From: an uncultured Methanosarcinaceae archaeon
GTDB lineage: Archaea; Halobacteriota; Methanosarcinia; Methanosarcinales; Methanosarcinaceae
Assembly (NCBI GenBank): GCA_963733675.1
Contig: CAVTET010000001.1
Coordinates: 192,001 to 256,000, forward strand
DNA: 64,000 nt
Reading direction: 5' to 3'
A model generated the notes under the pieces. It saw only the letters and a program-made list of their open reading frames with translations. It did not search any database and was not told the origin of the DNA. Below, piece after piece: positions 33,507 to 46,200 of this stretch (position 1 is its first letter; each line of letters begins with the position of its first letter). The position numbers were made by a program, and so were the translations under genes.

Positions 33507-35499
33507 AGATTCCGATATTTTGGCTTTTATCTCCGACAAATCGAAAAAGGAGCATGCAACTCAAATTATTTTGGATGTAGCAGAAAATGGAGAATTTGAG
33601 CAAATCCCTGAAGAGGATAATTTTGAAAATAAGACGAAGGATAAGGTTATTAATTCCCTTAAAGGTGCTTTCAATAAGGATACGGTGCTCACATCTGAAG
33701 CTCATTCTTTTTTCCCAGATCCTTCTATGGAATCCCAGTCTGTGAAGCTTTCTGAAAAAGAAATTTTTCCCTTTGAAACCTTCGAAGGTTATGATGGAGG
33801 TACCTTAAATACATTCTCGTCTTTAGAAGCCTTCGGAATTGTTACCACAGGGATAGATCCTCTGGAAATAACTCCTTCCGGAGCCGTAATCACTGGCTTC
33901 ATTACATCTTCAAGGCGGAATGAAATCAGGCTAGGAACTTATGTGGTCTTGCCTTATGAGAGTGGAGAACAACTTTTTGCTCGTGTAGGTAAACTTCAGT
34001 ATAGACAAGAATTTGTGGTAGATGACGCAACTGAAATCCACTCAAGGCGAATGCTCAGTGCCCGCAGAGGTCCGATATACGAAGCTGACTACAAATTTCT
34101 TGCCTGCCTTGATCCTCTTTGCATTCTGTACCGGAAGAGTGATGGTACACTTACAAGAAGGATGGCAGACAGGATCCCTCAGCCCCACACTCCTATTCTG
34201 CCTGTTACGAATAGGCTTGAAGTGCAGACAGGGCTAAATATTCCTGAAGAGGGCATTTTCCTCGGGCACCTGAGCGTTGGGGGAGAGCTTGTAAAAACCC
34301 ATTCTGAGCCTGAAACAGTTGCATATTACCTCTTAAACGACTATTCTATGGGCGATCCTCTCATTTTCAGGCATATTCTTATCTGCGGGAGCACAGGGAC
34401 AGGAAAAACCTTCCTTTCAAAAAATATTCTCCGCCAGTTCATGACAGAAAACAATAGGTACAGAGTGAGGAGTTCCTCTAATAAAACCAGGAAAAATCCT
34501 TGCCTGGTTATTATGGACCCTCAGGATGAATATTCCCAGCTTTTTGAGGATAATGAAACTTTAACAGATGAGAATAATTTCAAGTTTGAATCCGAAAAAG
34601 TTGCTTATGGCAGGGTTCAGTCTACAAAAGCTTTTGTAGCAAAGATAAATGGGCAGAACTATCCCGGAGATAATACAAGGGCTGAACAAATTGAGTTTAC
34701 AATTCCTTTTTCCCTTGTAGAGCATAATTCTTGGCTTATTGCAGCAGCTGGAATGTCAGAACTCCAGTACATAGGTCTTGAGGTGCTTCTTGGTGACTTC
34801 TTTAAGTCAAAAGTATCCTATACTTACCGAAATTTCATCGATCATATTAGTAATGAGGGTACACGCTCCTACTACGTAGATAGCGGGAAACTTCATGAGT
34901 CCTCTTTTGACGGGATTGTTAGGCGTACTAAAAGTCGATTTTTTTCGAAAGTCTTTGACCAAGATGCAACCTCAATTACTGACATCCTAGGCAATATCTT
35001 CAAGCCAGGCCAAATTTCGGTATTTCCAACCGGATATATAAGCACTCCTCGAATCAGAGACCTCATAGTGCTCACGATCATGAGCCTGATCGTAGACAAC
35101 AAGCTTAGTACCTCAGGTAATGATGCTATCAAAGAAACTCCAATAATTTTGGGGCTGGACGAAGCTCACCGTTATCTTTCTAGGGCAAACGGGGAACATT
35201 CTCGCCTAATCATCTCCCGTTTTGCAGATGCAGCCCGTCAGGGTAGAAAGGAAGGACTAGGTCTTTTTTTGATCACGCAGGATCCCCAAGATATTGATGA
35301 CACTGTTTTCAAACAAATTAATACGAAGCTGATCCTTAACCTCAACAACGATATGGCAATTACATCTCTGAAAGTCCCAAAAGAGTATGAACGGAGAATT
35401 CCTTATCTTAAAAAAGGGCAAATGATAATTAATTCCCCGGATAACAGCGATATCGTAGAAATAGTTGGACTCTCTAATTGTGTAGTAAGACATATTTGA
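33496..35499 (+). CDS. herA: HerA-family ATPase/helicase
   Basis: RHILICGSTGTGKT (Walker A), DPQDEY, LDEAH (Walker B), ARQGRKEG, ITQDPQDID. Confidence 0.88.
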   Translation: MKYEDSDILAFISDKSKKEHATQIILDVAENGEFEQIPEEDNFENKTKDKVINSLKGAFNKDTVLTSEAHSFFPDPSMESQSVKLSEKEIFPFETFEGYDGGTLNTFSSLEAFGIVTTGIDPLEITPSGAVITGFITSSRRNEIRLGTYVVLPYESGEQLFARVGKLQYRQEFVVDDATEIHSRRMLSARRGPIYEADYKFLACLDPLCILYRKSDGTLTRRMADRIPQPHTPILPVTNRLEVQTGLNIPEEGIFLGHLSVGGELVKTHSEPETVAYYLLNDYSMGDPLIFRHILICGSTGTGKTFLSKNILRQFMTENNRYRVRSSSNKTRKNPCLVIMDPQDEYSQLFEDNETLTDENNFKFESEKVAYGRVQSTKAFVAKINGQNYPGDNTRAEQIEFTIPFSLVEHNSWLIAAAGMSELQYIGLEVLLGDFFKSKVSYTYRNFIDHISNEGTRSYYVDSGKLHESSFDGIVRRTKSRFFSKVFDQDATSITDILGNIFKPGQISVFPTGYISTPRIRDLIVLTIMSLIVDNKLSTSGNDAIKETPIILGLDEAHRYLSRANGEHSRLIISRFADAARQGRKEGLGLFLITQDPQDIDDTVFKQINTKLILNLNNDMAITSLKVPKEYERRIPYLKKGQMIINSPDNSDIVEIVGLSNCVVRHI

Positions 35500-35729
35500 G
35501 ATTATTCAGGCATAGATTAGTAAAAATAGAAAAGCCTTCTTATAATAATAAATCTTACATACCTGTTTAAATAACCTCATATTTTTATGGAAATTACTAA
35601 AAATACTTAAAGTATGTAAAAGCTGTTAATTTGCCTTTTATACTCCTAATCCTTATTATGAAAAAATAGATTCATTTTACAAAAATTACTCAATATGTGT
35701 ACAAGCTAAATATTGGACAAACTCTTTTT

Positions 35730-36583
35730 GGTTCCGTTGCAAAAATCCTTTCTAATGATACAATAGAATAAAACGAAAACCAAAGATAGTAATATGCTAT
35801 CTAATTCCTTTAAATGGAAGCATTATGAAGGAGAAATTATTCTATTGAATGTAAGATGGTACTTAAAATATCCATTGAGCTATAGAAATTTAAAGGAAAT
35901 GATGATAGAAAGAGGAATTCAAGTTGATCACAGTACTATAATGAGATGGGTACATCAATATTCCCCTGAACTAGAAAAGAAGATAAGAAGACATTTAAGA
36001 CTAACAAACTATTCGTGGAAAGTTGATGAAACCTATATCAAAATAAAAGGTAAATGGAAATATCTTTACCGAGCAGTTGACTCAAATGGAGATACAATTG
36101 ATTTCATGTTAAGTTAAAAACGAGATAGAAAGGCAGCGAAGAGATTCTTTAAGAAAGCTTTAAGTTCTAATCATAATCAAATTCCAAGATTAATAACCGT
36201 TGATAAGAATCCAGCTTATCCACCTGCTATAGATAAACTAAAAATTGATAAAATACTACCTAAAAACGTAGGCATTCGACAAATCAAGTATTTGAATAAC
36301 ATTATAGAACAAGATCACAGATCTATAAAGAGAATCGTTAATCCAATGTTAGGATTTCAGTCTTTTCGATCTGCTAATAAGACTTTAAAAGGAATTGAAG
36401 CTATAAATATGATCAAAAAAGGACAAGTAAATGATCTAAATTACTCTGTTTTTAATGAAGTCAAATGTATTAATCAATTATTTGGTATAGTTTTATAATG
36501 TTAGTACATTTTCTTTGAATATTCTGATTTTTATTCATTACCTATAGATTTACATATTTTTTTGAATTTTTTGCAACGGAACC
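35730..36583 (+). mobile_element. IS6-family element, full length with one in-frame stop
   Basis: Terminal IRs GGTTCCGTTGCAAAAA; transposase 35794-36498 (FKWKHY, VDETYIK, YRAVD, NNIIEQDHR) broken by TAA at 36115-36117. Confidence 0.93.
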
Positions 36584-36643
36584 CTATCTTTGGTTTTCGT
36601 TTTATTCTATTGTATCATTAGAAAGGATTTTTGCAACGGAACC

Positions 36644-37070
36644 AGGCTTTTGGTTCAAATCACAATCAAATGCCGAGAATAATAAAAGTTGATAAGAATG
36701 CATCTTATCAGATAGCCATAGACGAACTGAAAAATGAGAAAAACTTGTCTAAAAATATTGAAATTAGACAAGTCAAGTATTTGAATAACATTATTTAACA
36801 AGATCATCGATCTATAAAGCGGATAACTACTCCAATGCTAGGCTTTCAGCCTTTTCGCTCTGCAAGTAAGACTTTAAAAGGAATTGAAGCTATGAATACG
36901 GTTAAAAAAAAACAAGTCAATAATCTAAATTACTCTGGTCTTGATGAAGTCAAATATTAAGCAATTATTTGAGAGAGTTTTATAATGTTGATACATTCCC
37001 CTCGGATATTTTGCCTTTTATTCATCATCCATATATTTACATGCTTATTCTGAATTTTTGCAACAGAACC
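36644..37070 (+). mobile_element. Second, older IS6 copy (3' half only)
   Basis: Diverged copy of 36157-36583 with stops; right IR TTTTTGCAACAGAACC. Confidence 0.85.
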
Positions 37071-37157
37071 CCTTTTTGGAGCTCTGTCCTGCTTTCTTTC
37101 ATTTTTGGAAAATTTCTCTGAAATTTCAGCACCAATGTTCACTCCTCATGAAAAAAA

Positions 37158-37451
37158 TCAGCCCCCTGAAACAGGAGAAAGGACTGCAATTTCATCTAAA
37201 TCTGCAAGGAAGGTATCAAGCCCTTCCAAGTGCCGAACATTGTTTCCATTGACAAGAACATTAACGGAGCCACAAAGAGCCAACATTTCACTTTTTTCGC
37301 CTACCTTCTCAAAAATAAGGTCTTTAAGCACTGGATATTTTTTCGCGAGGGATAAAAGAACGTTGATAACTTTCTCTCCAGAAAGCAGGATTTCGGGTGT
37401 GCCTGTAGCTTCACGCAGATTTGCAAATAACTTAACCTTTACCTCAGCCAT
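37158..37451 (-). CDS. Ubiquitin-like small archaeal modifier / MoaD-ThiS family protein
   Basis: VKLFANLRE, VNVLVNG, C-terminal PVSGG. Confidence 0.92.
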   Translation of the reverse strand: MAEVKVKLFANLREATGTPEILLSGEKVINVLLSLAKKYPVLKDLIFEKVGEKSEMLALCGSVNVLVNGNNVRHLEGLDTFLADLDEIAVLSPVSGG

Positions 37452-37793
37452 AAGGAATATTATTTTATCTTACCCCTTTAATATATCTATCCACGAAAAC
37501 AGTAGTTCTTATCGGCTGTAGTTCAGATTGGGTATTCTTATTTATAATCTTTTCTCAAATAATTCCTAAAAAAACTTAATCCATAGATCTTAATGCCAGT
37601 TTTTTGTACTATATATCTGATTTATAAGCATATAAATTAAGTTAGGGTTTTATCTAAACAATTTTAATTTTTTTAGTAGTGGCAAATGATCCCTTCATTG
37701 ATGCATAGATCAAACGCACTTCCACTAACTCAAAGAGTCTACCAGAACTACACGCTTCTCATGAGTCATAATTTTTACTTGTTCAAATAATAC

Positions 37794-38381
37794 TTATCTT
37801 TTTTGCACTACAAGCAACCCATAGAGAATTGTTCCTGAAATAGGCGGATTTTCAGGAGTGCCTTTGGATATCCTTTCTTCAGGATAACCGAGTTTTTCAC
37901 ATATATAAAGCTCAGCTTCCAATTCCAGCTCTTTAAGAACCTCTGCAACCTCAAGGGAACCAAATTTCTCTTCTGGGAGCAGAAAAATATTTTTTCCATT
38001 CTTTAATTCTCGGATCAGTTCGGTTTTTGCTAGTTCAAAGTCTCTGCCGTGAGCTGTAATCGCACATAAGTTGGTCAGATTCACTTTATTACGGGCACAA
38101 GCTACTTGCATTGAGGAAATCCCAGGAATAACTGTATCTTTTTCCCCTGCAAACTGCCCGAGTCCTGAGAACATGGGATCTCCTGTGGATAAGACGACTG
38201 CATATGAAGGCAGGAAGTGGAGCGACTTATAGTCCTTAATTATTTTTGCTTCACAGGTAATGTACTCCTGTGCAATTTTCAGGGCTCTTTTTGAACCATA
38301 AACCACTGAAGCCTTACTTATTGCCTTTATCCCTTCTTCTGTAATCATGCCGGGCCCGACCCCGACTCCTACAACTATCAT
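37794..38381 (-). CDS. cbiE: Cobalt-precorrin-7 C5-methyltransferase
   Basis: [33 protein letters not shown]; downstream of cbiD. Confidence 0.88.
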   Translation of the reverse strand: MIVVGVGVGPGMITEEGIKAISKASVVYGSKRALKIAQEYITCEAKIIKDYKSLHFLPSYAVVLSTGDPMFSGLGQFAGEKDTVIPGISSMQVACARNKVNLTNLCAITAHGRDFELAKTELIRELKNGKNIFLLPEEKFGSLEVAEVLKELELEAELYICEKLGYPEERISKGTPENPPISGTILYGLLVVQKR

Positions 38382-39424
38382 AATTTTTCTTCCCTTTTAC
38401 CTGGTTTAAATTCACTCTTGCTGTCCATGAGGATATTTCCCTCTCTGTTAATTACGATGACTCTCGCGCCTTTTCCTTTCATCACTGCCATTTCAAAGGC
38501 TTCTTTCAAGCGTGCATTTTCTGGGGCTTTCTCAAGCATTTCAACAACAGTTGCGTACTCAGAGTTTTTGAGAATCTCAGGATTTCCCCATTTGAGGACA
38601 AGACCAGGAAGGCCACAAATAATTACATCTCCTGATGCAGATTCAAGCCCTTCAGATATCCTACTCCCTATCATTACTACGGTGTAACCTGGAAAGAGCA
38701 TATGAGAGTAACGCATTCCTATTCTACCAGTAGTTAGAACCACTCTGTCAGTGCAGCGAATAAGATCTCCTTTCATTTCTCCGAGATGGTCATTCCAGGG
38801 CTCAACAAAACCTGTACTTCCAAGAATTGAAATACCACCTTCTACTCCAATCCTACTGTTCAGAGTTTTCTTTCCAATCCTTTCTCCTTCAGGGATATAG
38901 ATTGTTACTTCAGCTCCCTGTAGGCCAAGTTCCTCTACCGCTTCCAACACTGCAGCTCGAATTTGACCCATAGGTATAGGGTTGATTGCAGGCTGATTCC
39001 TTGGAACCTGGAGCCCATCCCTTCTTACAATCCCTATACCTTTTCCTCCAATAATTCTAATTTCCTTTGCTTCCCTGGCTTCACCCACAAATTCAAGCCC
39101 TCTGGTAATGTCGGATTCGTGATCATTAGGAATTTTTTTTGTAATTGCACGCCCTTGGGAGGACTCACTTACATCGATATAGGCTCTTAGGCCCACAGGA
39201 GTTGGGACTGATACTTTGTCAATAGTTTTCTTAATAGAAAGAACTGCGGCTTTTGCAGCGGCACTTGCTGTGGTTCCTGTAGTATACCCTCTTTTGAGAA
39301 TAGCCCCATCACTCAGGATCACAATCATCCCTGATGCTACTTTTGCTTCAAGCTCTACCCTGGGCAGCTCGGTTAGGGCAATCCATTCCTTAGGGATTTT
39401 AAAATTGTTAACGGGATCTATCAT
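38378..39424 (-). CDS. cbiD: Cobalt-precorrin-5B C1-methyltransferase
   Basis: [40 protein letters not shown]. Confidence 0.95.
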   Translation of the reverse strand: MIDPVNNFKIPKEWIALTELPRVELEAKVASGMIVILSDGAILKRGYTTGTTASAAAKAAVLSIKKTIDKVSVPTPVGLRAYIDVSESSQGRAITKKIPNDHESDITRGLEFVGEAREAKEIRIIGGKGIGIVRRDGLQVPRNQPAINPIPMGQIRAAVLEAVEELGLQGAEVTIYIPEGERIGKKTLNSRIGVEGGISILGSTGFVEPWNDHLGEMKGDLIRCTDRVVLTTGRIGMRYSHMLFPGYTVVMIGSRISEGLESASGDVIICGLPGLVLKWGNPEILKNSEYATVVEMLEKAPENARLKEAFEMAVMKGKGARVIVINREGNILMDSKSEFKPGKREEKL

Positions 39425-40216
39425 AGAGAAATAATCGAAGGTTTATATGATAAATATATTGACTTGAAAATAAGTCAAAGTCTGCTCAATTTCGAGATAG
39501 GCCTTTCCTCAATATATTTATTCTTCCATTGTATTTGAAGAAAATAATTATACTTTCCACTTTCCGGAGATATACACAATAATACCATCCATTTTCGCAA
39601 TATGACAATAGTTTAAAAATTAATCTAACTTTCAATGAATGATAGTGGGCAAATTGGCGAACAAATCTATACATCCGTGTATATCTGCATAGTGTCGTGT
39701 CTTCTGTAGCAAAATTAGAAATCGCAATTATAAAAAAGATTGGCATCATTCCAGTAGTTGAATTAGTTTTCTGGAAAGTTAAGATTTTACCATAGATTCT
39801 GGAATATGGATAAAGATATTTGGGTTGGTGTGTGAGAAATTATCTTAGAAATGATGCCTATTCCGATGTCAGTATTTTATCTGTCATCAATTATTGTGTT
39901 AGAAATTATATTATATAAATGTTTGGAAATGTACATATTAATTTAATATGGAATCTTTTTGCTGGTTGAAAAGCAATAGCAAATGGAGAATTTCTAATAT
40001 TCCTTATTTCAATAAATTCATTTATATTCAGGCGGATAGCGCGAAAATACCAAGTTACTTGCAGCAGGGGTAACACCGAAAATTTGATTTTGTAGGATTG
40101 TTTTGTAATTAACTAAATTTTTTCAAATTTTATTCACATTTTTGATATTGAATTTAACAAATTACATGGAGCGGGAAAATACATTATATTGTGTAAAAAA
40201 TAGAATAGCAAAAATG

Positions 40217-41217
40217 GACTCTGTAGAAATCCTTAATTTGATACAAATTATTTCTACAACTTTTTCATCTATGTTGTAAGCTATGAGTTTAAGTTTAATT
40301 TCCTTTACTTGATTACGGAACTTTCTTTCCTGAAGTGTTTCTCCAAACTTCCTTTTCACTACAGAGAATGTTCTCTCTGCCATATTCCTTTGATTGTACT
40401 TAATTTTGTCAAAGACCAGATGTAATTGTTTTCTATATTTTCCCCCGACTTTCTTCCTTTTTCTCTGCCTTAAAGGTATAATTGAGTCTGCCTTCATTTC
40501 TTCTCTAATTAGAGCATGAATATTTTCAGAATCATACCCTTTATCCATCACATAACATTCAGACCTTCTTATCCTATTTGATTGTCTTATCAGAGCATTT
40601 GCATGTTTGATTTCATGATATGTTTTTTGACTAATTTTCTATCCTAATGCTACCTTTTTAGCTATGTCGAATGATATTGAAGTTTTCAAGACATTCCTTC
40701 GTAGCTCCCCTGTTTTGCGGGAACGATAATCATTTGTATAGGGAATTGTAAAGCCTGTTGCATCAATTGCTGTAATATAGATCATTTATCCATGTGAGTA
40801 AAACAACTTTAGAGTTTTTGACAAAAGAAGGTTAAACAGAGAAGAGGAAATCCTGGATACAAACTTTTGAAGAGTAGTGAAATTGGAAGTCTTATTAAGA
40901 TCGAGTTTTTCTTTATATTGTTTATTAGGTCAATAAGTTCTACAAAATCACGGTAGTCTATGCTGATATACCCCTTCAATAAAGCCAGAACAAGAAATTG
41001 ATGCTGGATATAAACATGTTTGGAATATTTGCAGGAATAAAGCTTCAGTCTCGAAGACTGAACAGTTTCAAGGCTAGCATCAACAAATTTAATGTATTTG
41101 TTCGATTTCAATATTATGTGTTCCTTCGTTTTTTGTAGGAAAATATAAGGATCTATTATAATACAATGGTTACAATAATATGGGAAAATGCACAACTTAG
41201 ATGATTTTTACAGAGCA
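40217..41217 (-). mobile_element. IS5-family element, full length but degenerate
   Basis: Ends GACTCTGTAGAAAT / TTTTTACAGAGC; DDE segments AIDATGF, MDKGYDSE, RNMAERTFSVVKRKFG; internal stops and frameshift. Confidence 0.85.
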
Positions 41218-41458
41218 CAGTATCGTTTTCTTGTTAAATTCGATAACATCGCATGTGACTGGGTTCACACTTTGCAATAATTTTCAACTAGTGTTAATAG
41301 AAGATTTTGATAAGCTCCTAAATTTTGTCATATCCTTAATAGTGATTGATTATAGTGCCAGTAATAAGTGCATTATTTGAAATTTTCGCCAAATGTTTTT
41401 TAAACTATTTGAATTTTCGGGCAAAAATTTATCAGCGTTCAATTCAAATTTATTCTTG

Positions 41459-42136
41459 ATGCCTCCTAAATACTCTACAGCTAATAATAACTTTGATGCG
41501 ATACGAAAAGTACAGGTTTGTTTAGCTATTCTTAAGAAGATGTACCCTGATGCTAAGCCTTCCCTTAATTATCATAACCCTCTAGAGCTTCTTGTAGCAA
41601 CCATTCTATCTGCTCAATCTACAGATGTCCAGATTAACAGGGTAACTGAAAAATTGTTTAAAAAATACTGTACTGCAAAGGATTATGCAAATGCAGACCT
41701 CATGGAACTCGAGAATGATATTTATTCTACAGGTTTTTACAAAAACAAAGCAAAAAATATCAAAGGCACTACCAGATTGATCGTCGAGCACTATAATGGA
41801 AAAGTTCCTAAAACAATGGAAGAACTTGTTACTTTACCTGGAGTCGGAAGAAAAACAGCAAATATAGTACTTGCGAGGGCATTTGGGGTAATAGAGGGTG
41901 TAGCTGTAGATACACATGTAAAAAGAGTATCAAGGAGGTTAAACTTTACAAAGAATTTCGATCCTGAAAAAATTGAGGCTGATCTGATATCTCTTGCACC
42001 AAAGGAAGAGCTTGATTCAATCTCTATGATCCTGATTTACCATGGGAGAAAGATCTGCCAGGCAAGAAAACCTAAATGTGAAATATGTACTTTGAAGAAC
42101 CTATGTCCTTCCAGTGTGATATTTATGGGTAAGTGA
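41459..42136 (+). CDS. nth: Endonuclease III
   Basis: LVATILSAQSTD, LPGVGRKTAN (HhH), VDTHVKR, C-x6-C-x2-C-x5-C Fe-S motif. Confidence 0.96.
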   Translation: MPPKYSTANNNFDAIRKVQVCLAILKKMYPDAKPSLNYHNPLELLVATILSAQSTDVQINRVTEKLFKKYCTAKDYANADLMELENDIYSTGFYKNKAKNIKGTTRLIVEHYNGKVPKTMEELVTLPGVGRKTANIVLARAFGVIEGVAVDTHVKRVSRRLNFTKNFDPEKIEADLISLAPKEELDSISMILIYHGRKICQARKPKCEICTLKNLCPSSVIFMGK

Positions 42137-42899
42137 AACGACATTATTTTCTGAAGTTAGAATAGCAAAATTATTTTTGTTTACTTAGAATTTAGAAATA
42201 ACTTTACTGAAAGAGTACGATTTATACAAAAAAAATATACATGTCTTTAGTCTCCATATTTTAGAAAGGGAAACTAATTTTTTGGAAGAAAATCAAAGTT
42301 TTTGCTCAATTTTTTTTGTTGAAAACCTTATCCAACAAAAATTGATAATCTCTGTTTCAAATATCACAATTTTTCCAAAAAATAGTGAAAAATTCCTTTT
42401 CCTACAGCGATAGGTCATGCTAATAGACAAAAGGAGATACATTCTTTTATGTTATTACAATTTGATTATCTGTTATCTTAATTAATTCAGAATCCCTTTA
42501 AATATTCATGCTAGAGATTAAACTTGGAGATTATGAGGTAAATTTCCTAAAGGGCTTTGTGAATAAGGGAGATAAAAGAGCAAGAGAATTAAACAGAGAA
42601 AGTATCATACAACAGGTAAACCAGTAAGATGAGAACACAAATATATCGAAAAGATTATGTGTTTTTAGGAACCAATATTCTGCAGATATATAAACATATA
42701 GAATTTATTTGCTTATTTGCCCACTATTATTATTGAAAGTTAGATCAATTTTTAAGCTACTGTCCTATTGAGAAAACATATGGCATTATTGTATACATGT
42801 GGGAAGTGACTAGGAATATTGTTTTGAAAATCTAGAAGAAATGTTTTGAAAATCTTTCCAAATTGCTTTTGAGATAAGACAATATTTTATCAAGCTAGA

Positions 42900-43400
42900 A
42901 AATATACAGAAAAGTATGTTGCAGAAATAATGACACTAACATATATCAGTTCTCTTAATAGAAGTAGAGGTTGTAGCTTACATCCCTTACTGAATAACTT
43001 AGGAAAAAAGAGGGATTTGAAACAATAAACAATGACTACATTAGGTTTATTCTGGAAAAAGCAAAATTAAGTCTTGGTTGGGACGAATTTTGTTCATTAA
43101 GGCTATCGGTTTCGAATATAGATACAGAATTTACGATATTCTTAATCTGTATGAAGTGGATTACTATCTGAAGAAATTTAACAGCCGACTTACCGGAAAA
43201 CCAAAGCAGCTGATTACATATAAGAAAATGCACATTTCCATGGAGCCTAGAAATCCAGAAAAGTATGATTACAAATGTGTCAGGAATGGAACAGCAAAAA
43301 TATTCGTAGCAATGGAGCTCAAAGTAGGAAAAGGATTAACCCAGAACCAAAAGAAGAACCATAATGGATTTGAGACAATTCGTGAAGATTCACTCTATCG
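42900..43400 (+). mobile_element. IS630-family transposase remnant
   Basis: KEGFETIN..IRFILEK / YRIYDILNLYE..KPKQL / EKYDYKCVRNGTAKIFVAME. Confidence 0.7.
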
Positions 43401-44340
43401 AAAAATAGGCGCAAATGAAATTGAGACCTTTACTCATTACTGGTTGCATGCACGGAGAGAAGGAATGAACATGAAAAGGATATATACTAGGAATTTGTGA
43501 GAAAACATACTGATTAGAAGCTGTTCAAGTATAGATCCAATGATTAAATTTCACGACATGCTTCTACCATCTAGCTGACAAGCGTCTGTTTGTCATAGAA
43601 CTCATCGCTGTTATTTACTGATCCAGAAACACTAACTATATCATCATGAAAATGCTTTTTATAACCCTCTATCCACAGATACATACAAGATTGCCATCTA
43701 TTTTTTCAATTTTGCAGCAGCTTAAAAATTGATTTAACTTTCAATGATAACTATTCAGCTCACCAAATATCAGCTGTCTGATACATATTTTGGCGCAATA
43801 GCTATTTATAATTACTAGCTTATAGAAAAATAAAAAACATGATCTTTTGCCGACAGTTAAAAAACATAATATAGCTTACAGGTACTGTGTAAAATTTTTA
43901 CTTTATAACTCGAAAATATTGAATTGTTAGATGGAATTACAACAAAGATAGAATTCAGATGTATTAATGAAGTTTTTTTCTTGTGAATCAATGAGAGTAA
44001 ATTGGAACTGAACAAGAGTAATCATTCAGAACTACGCAAGTCGGAACTACTGAAAAATGTACAGAATTGAAAAAAAATCTGTAAACTAGTTATTTGAGTT
44101 GAAGCAGTAGAGAGATATTCTAAGATAAACTCTCAGAAGTATAAAAGTTATAAGCGTTATGTCCATTTTCCTATACCCATCTCTGAAAATACCTCTGGTG
44201 AATATCCCACTTGTCCATCGAAGTATTAAACAAAAAGATTAGAGAGGAATAAAAAGTATTATTTTTGAATTAGTTGTGCATATTGATCCTTCCTTACAAT
44301 AACCTCAAGAATCAAATAGCAAAAAAGCCAGTTAATATTC

Positions 44341-45438
44341 ATGGCTGGAAACGTTTTTGGGCAGATGTTTCGAATTACCACATGGGGCGAATCACACGGC
44401 AAGGCTGTAGGAGTTGTGGTAGATGGATTACCTGCGGGACTTCCTTTTTCAGATATTGACATCCAGAAAGAGCTGGACAGAAGGCGACCTGGACAGAGTG
44501 AAGTTTCCACTCCAAGATGCGAGGCTGACAGGGTAGATATACTTTCTGGAATTTACGAAGGAGTTAGTACAGGCACTCCCATTTCCATGCTGGTATGGAA
44601 TGCAGATGTAAAGTCCTCGGCTTATGATGATATTAAAAATACTCCTCGCCCTGGACATGCTGATTTTACCTATATAGCACGCTACGGGATAAGGGATCAT
44701 AATGGAGGAGGTCGGTCTTCAGCCCGTGAAACAGTAGGCAGAGTTGCAGGTGGAGCCCTCGCAAAACTCCTGCTTTCCACATTTGGAATCCAGATTGCCG
44801 GACATGTGCTCGAACTAGGCGGAATTCGGGCAAAAACTCTTTCTTTTGAAGAAATACTTGAAAATGTAGAAAAAAACCATGTGAGATGTGCCGATCCAGA
44901 GGCTGCCAAAAAAATGCTTGAAAAAGTTGCAGACCTTAGGCTGAAAGGAGATAGTGTAGGTGGCATTGTCGAAGTTATTGCAAAAGGTGTTCCTGCAGGC
45001 TTAGGGGAGCCTGTATTTGATCGGCTGGATGCAGACCTCGCAAAAGCACTTATGAGTATTCCTGCAATCAAGGGCTTTGAAATCGGAGCCGGATTTGAGG
45101 CTGCTCAAATGCTTGGAAGTGAAATGAATGATCCCTTCCTAATTGAGGACGGAAAAATAACTTGTGTGAGCAATAATGCCGGCGGCATTCTTGGAGGAAT
45201 TTCAACAGGAATGGATATCGTTTGCAGGGCCGCAGTAAAGCCTACCCCTTCCATAGGAAAACTTCAGCAAACTGTTGACCTCACAGTCCGAGAAAATACT
45301 GAAATAATTATCAAAGGACGGCATGATCCTACAATCCCTCCACGTATGGTACCAGTTGCCGAAGCCATGATTGCCCTTGTCCTTGCAGACCACATGCTCA
45401 GAAGTAGCTTTATCAACTCCAGAACCCTGTTGAAATAG
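44341..45438 (+). CDS. aroC: Chorismate synthase
   Basis: [48 protein letters not shown]. Confidence 0.98.
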   Translation: MAGNVFGQMFRITTWGESHGKAVGVVVDGLPAGLPFSDIDIQKELDRRRPGQSEVSTPRCEADRVDILSGIYEGVSTGTPISMLVWNADVKSSAYDDIKNTPRPGHADFTYIARYGIRDHNGGGRSSARETVGRVAGGALAKLLLSTFGIQIAGHVLELGGIRAKTLSFEEILENVEKNHVRCADPEAAKKMLEKVADLRLKGDSVGGIVEVIAKGVPAGLGEPVFDRLDADLAKALMSIPAIKGFEIGAGFEAAQMLGSEMNDPFLIEDGKITCVSNNAGGILGGISTGMDIVCRAAVKPTPSIGKLQQTVDLTVRENTEIIIKGRHDPTIPPRMVPVAEAMIALVLADHMLRSSFINSRTLLK

Positions 45439-45667
45439 ACGGATACAGTACAATATATATTGTAAGCAAACCTAAGGATCACTAGAGTGTGATAAAAAGC
45501 AAAATACTTGCTAAAATAAATCAAAGTTATGCAAGGCTCGATCTTATTTTCCATATTACTTATTTCCAACTAAAAATCTTATTTCTTTCGTCTCCGTAGC
45601 AAGCTGCAAGGTATTCAACTGGAATAAATCGTCAAAAATATTACTGTTGGAAACTCCATTCAGTAAT

Positions 45668-46200
45668 CTGAAAGAAACCCTTCTTCTTATTGATATCCAA
45701 AAAGACTATTTTCCAGGCGGCAAGATGGAACTTGTAGACATGAAAGAAGTAGTAAAATGGCAGCATAATTCCTAAAAACATTTCGTACGTCAGACAAGCT
45801 GATCTTCTTTATCAAACATTTGTCTAAGAGATCAAATGCTACTCTCTTTATACCCGAAACTCAGGGAATAGATTTTCATGCAAGCATTAGTCCTCTTCCA
45901 GAAGAAGCTGTCATTGAGAAATATTTTCCTAACAATTTTTTCCAGACCGAACTACTTTCCAAACTGAAAAAAACATATAACTAACCTTGTAATTTGTGGA
46001 TTAATGAGCCATATGTGTATAGACACGGCCGTCAGTGTTGCAAAAAAACTTGGATTCAAATATACCCTGATTGATGATGCCCATGCAGCACATAACTTTA
46101 AGTTTAAAAATTAACTGATGTCTATACATACTGTTTATGCAGCATTCATGCCGCACTGGATTGTATGTTTGTAGATGTCATGACTGCTGATGAGTACCTT
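45668..46200 (+). pseudogene. Isochorismatase / cysteine hydrolase family pseudogene
   Basis: LLLIDIQKDYFPGGKMEL...EKYFPNNFFQTEL...CGLMSHMCIDTA...LIDDA with frameshifts. Confidence 0.75.
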
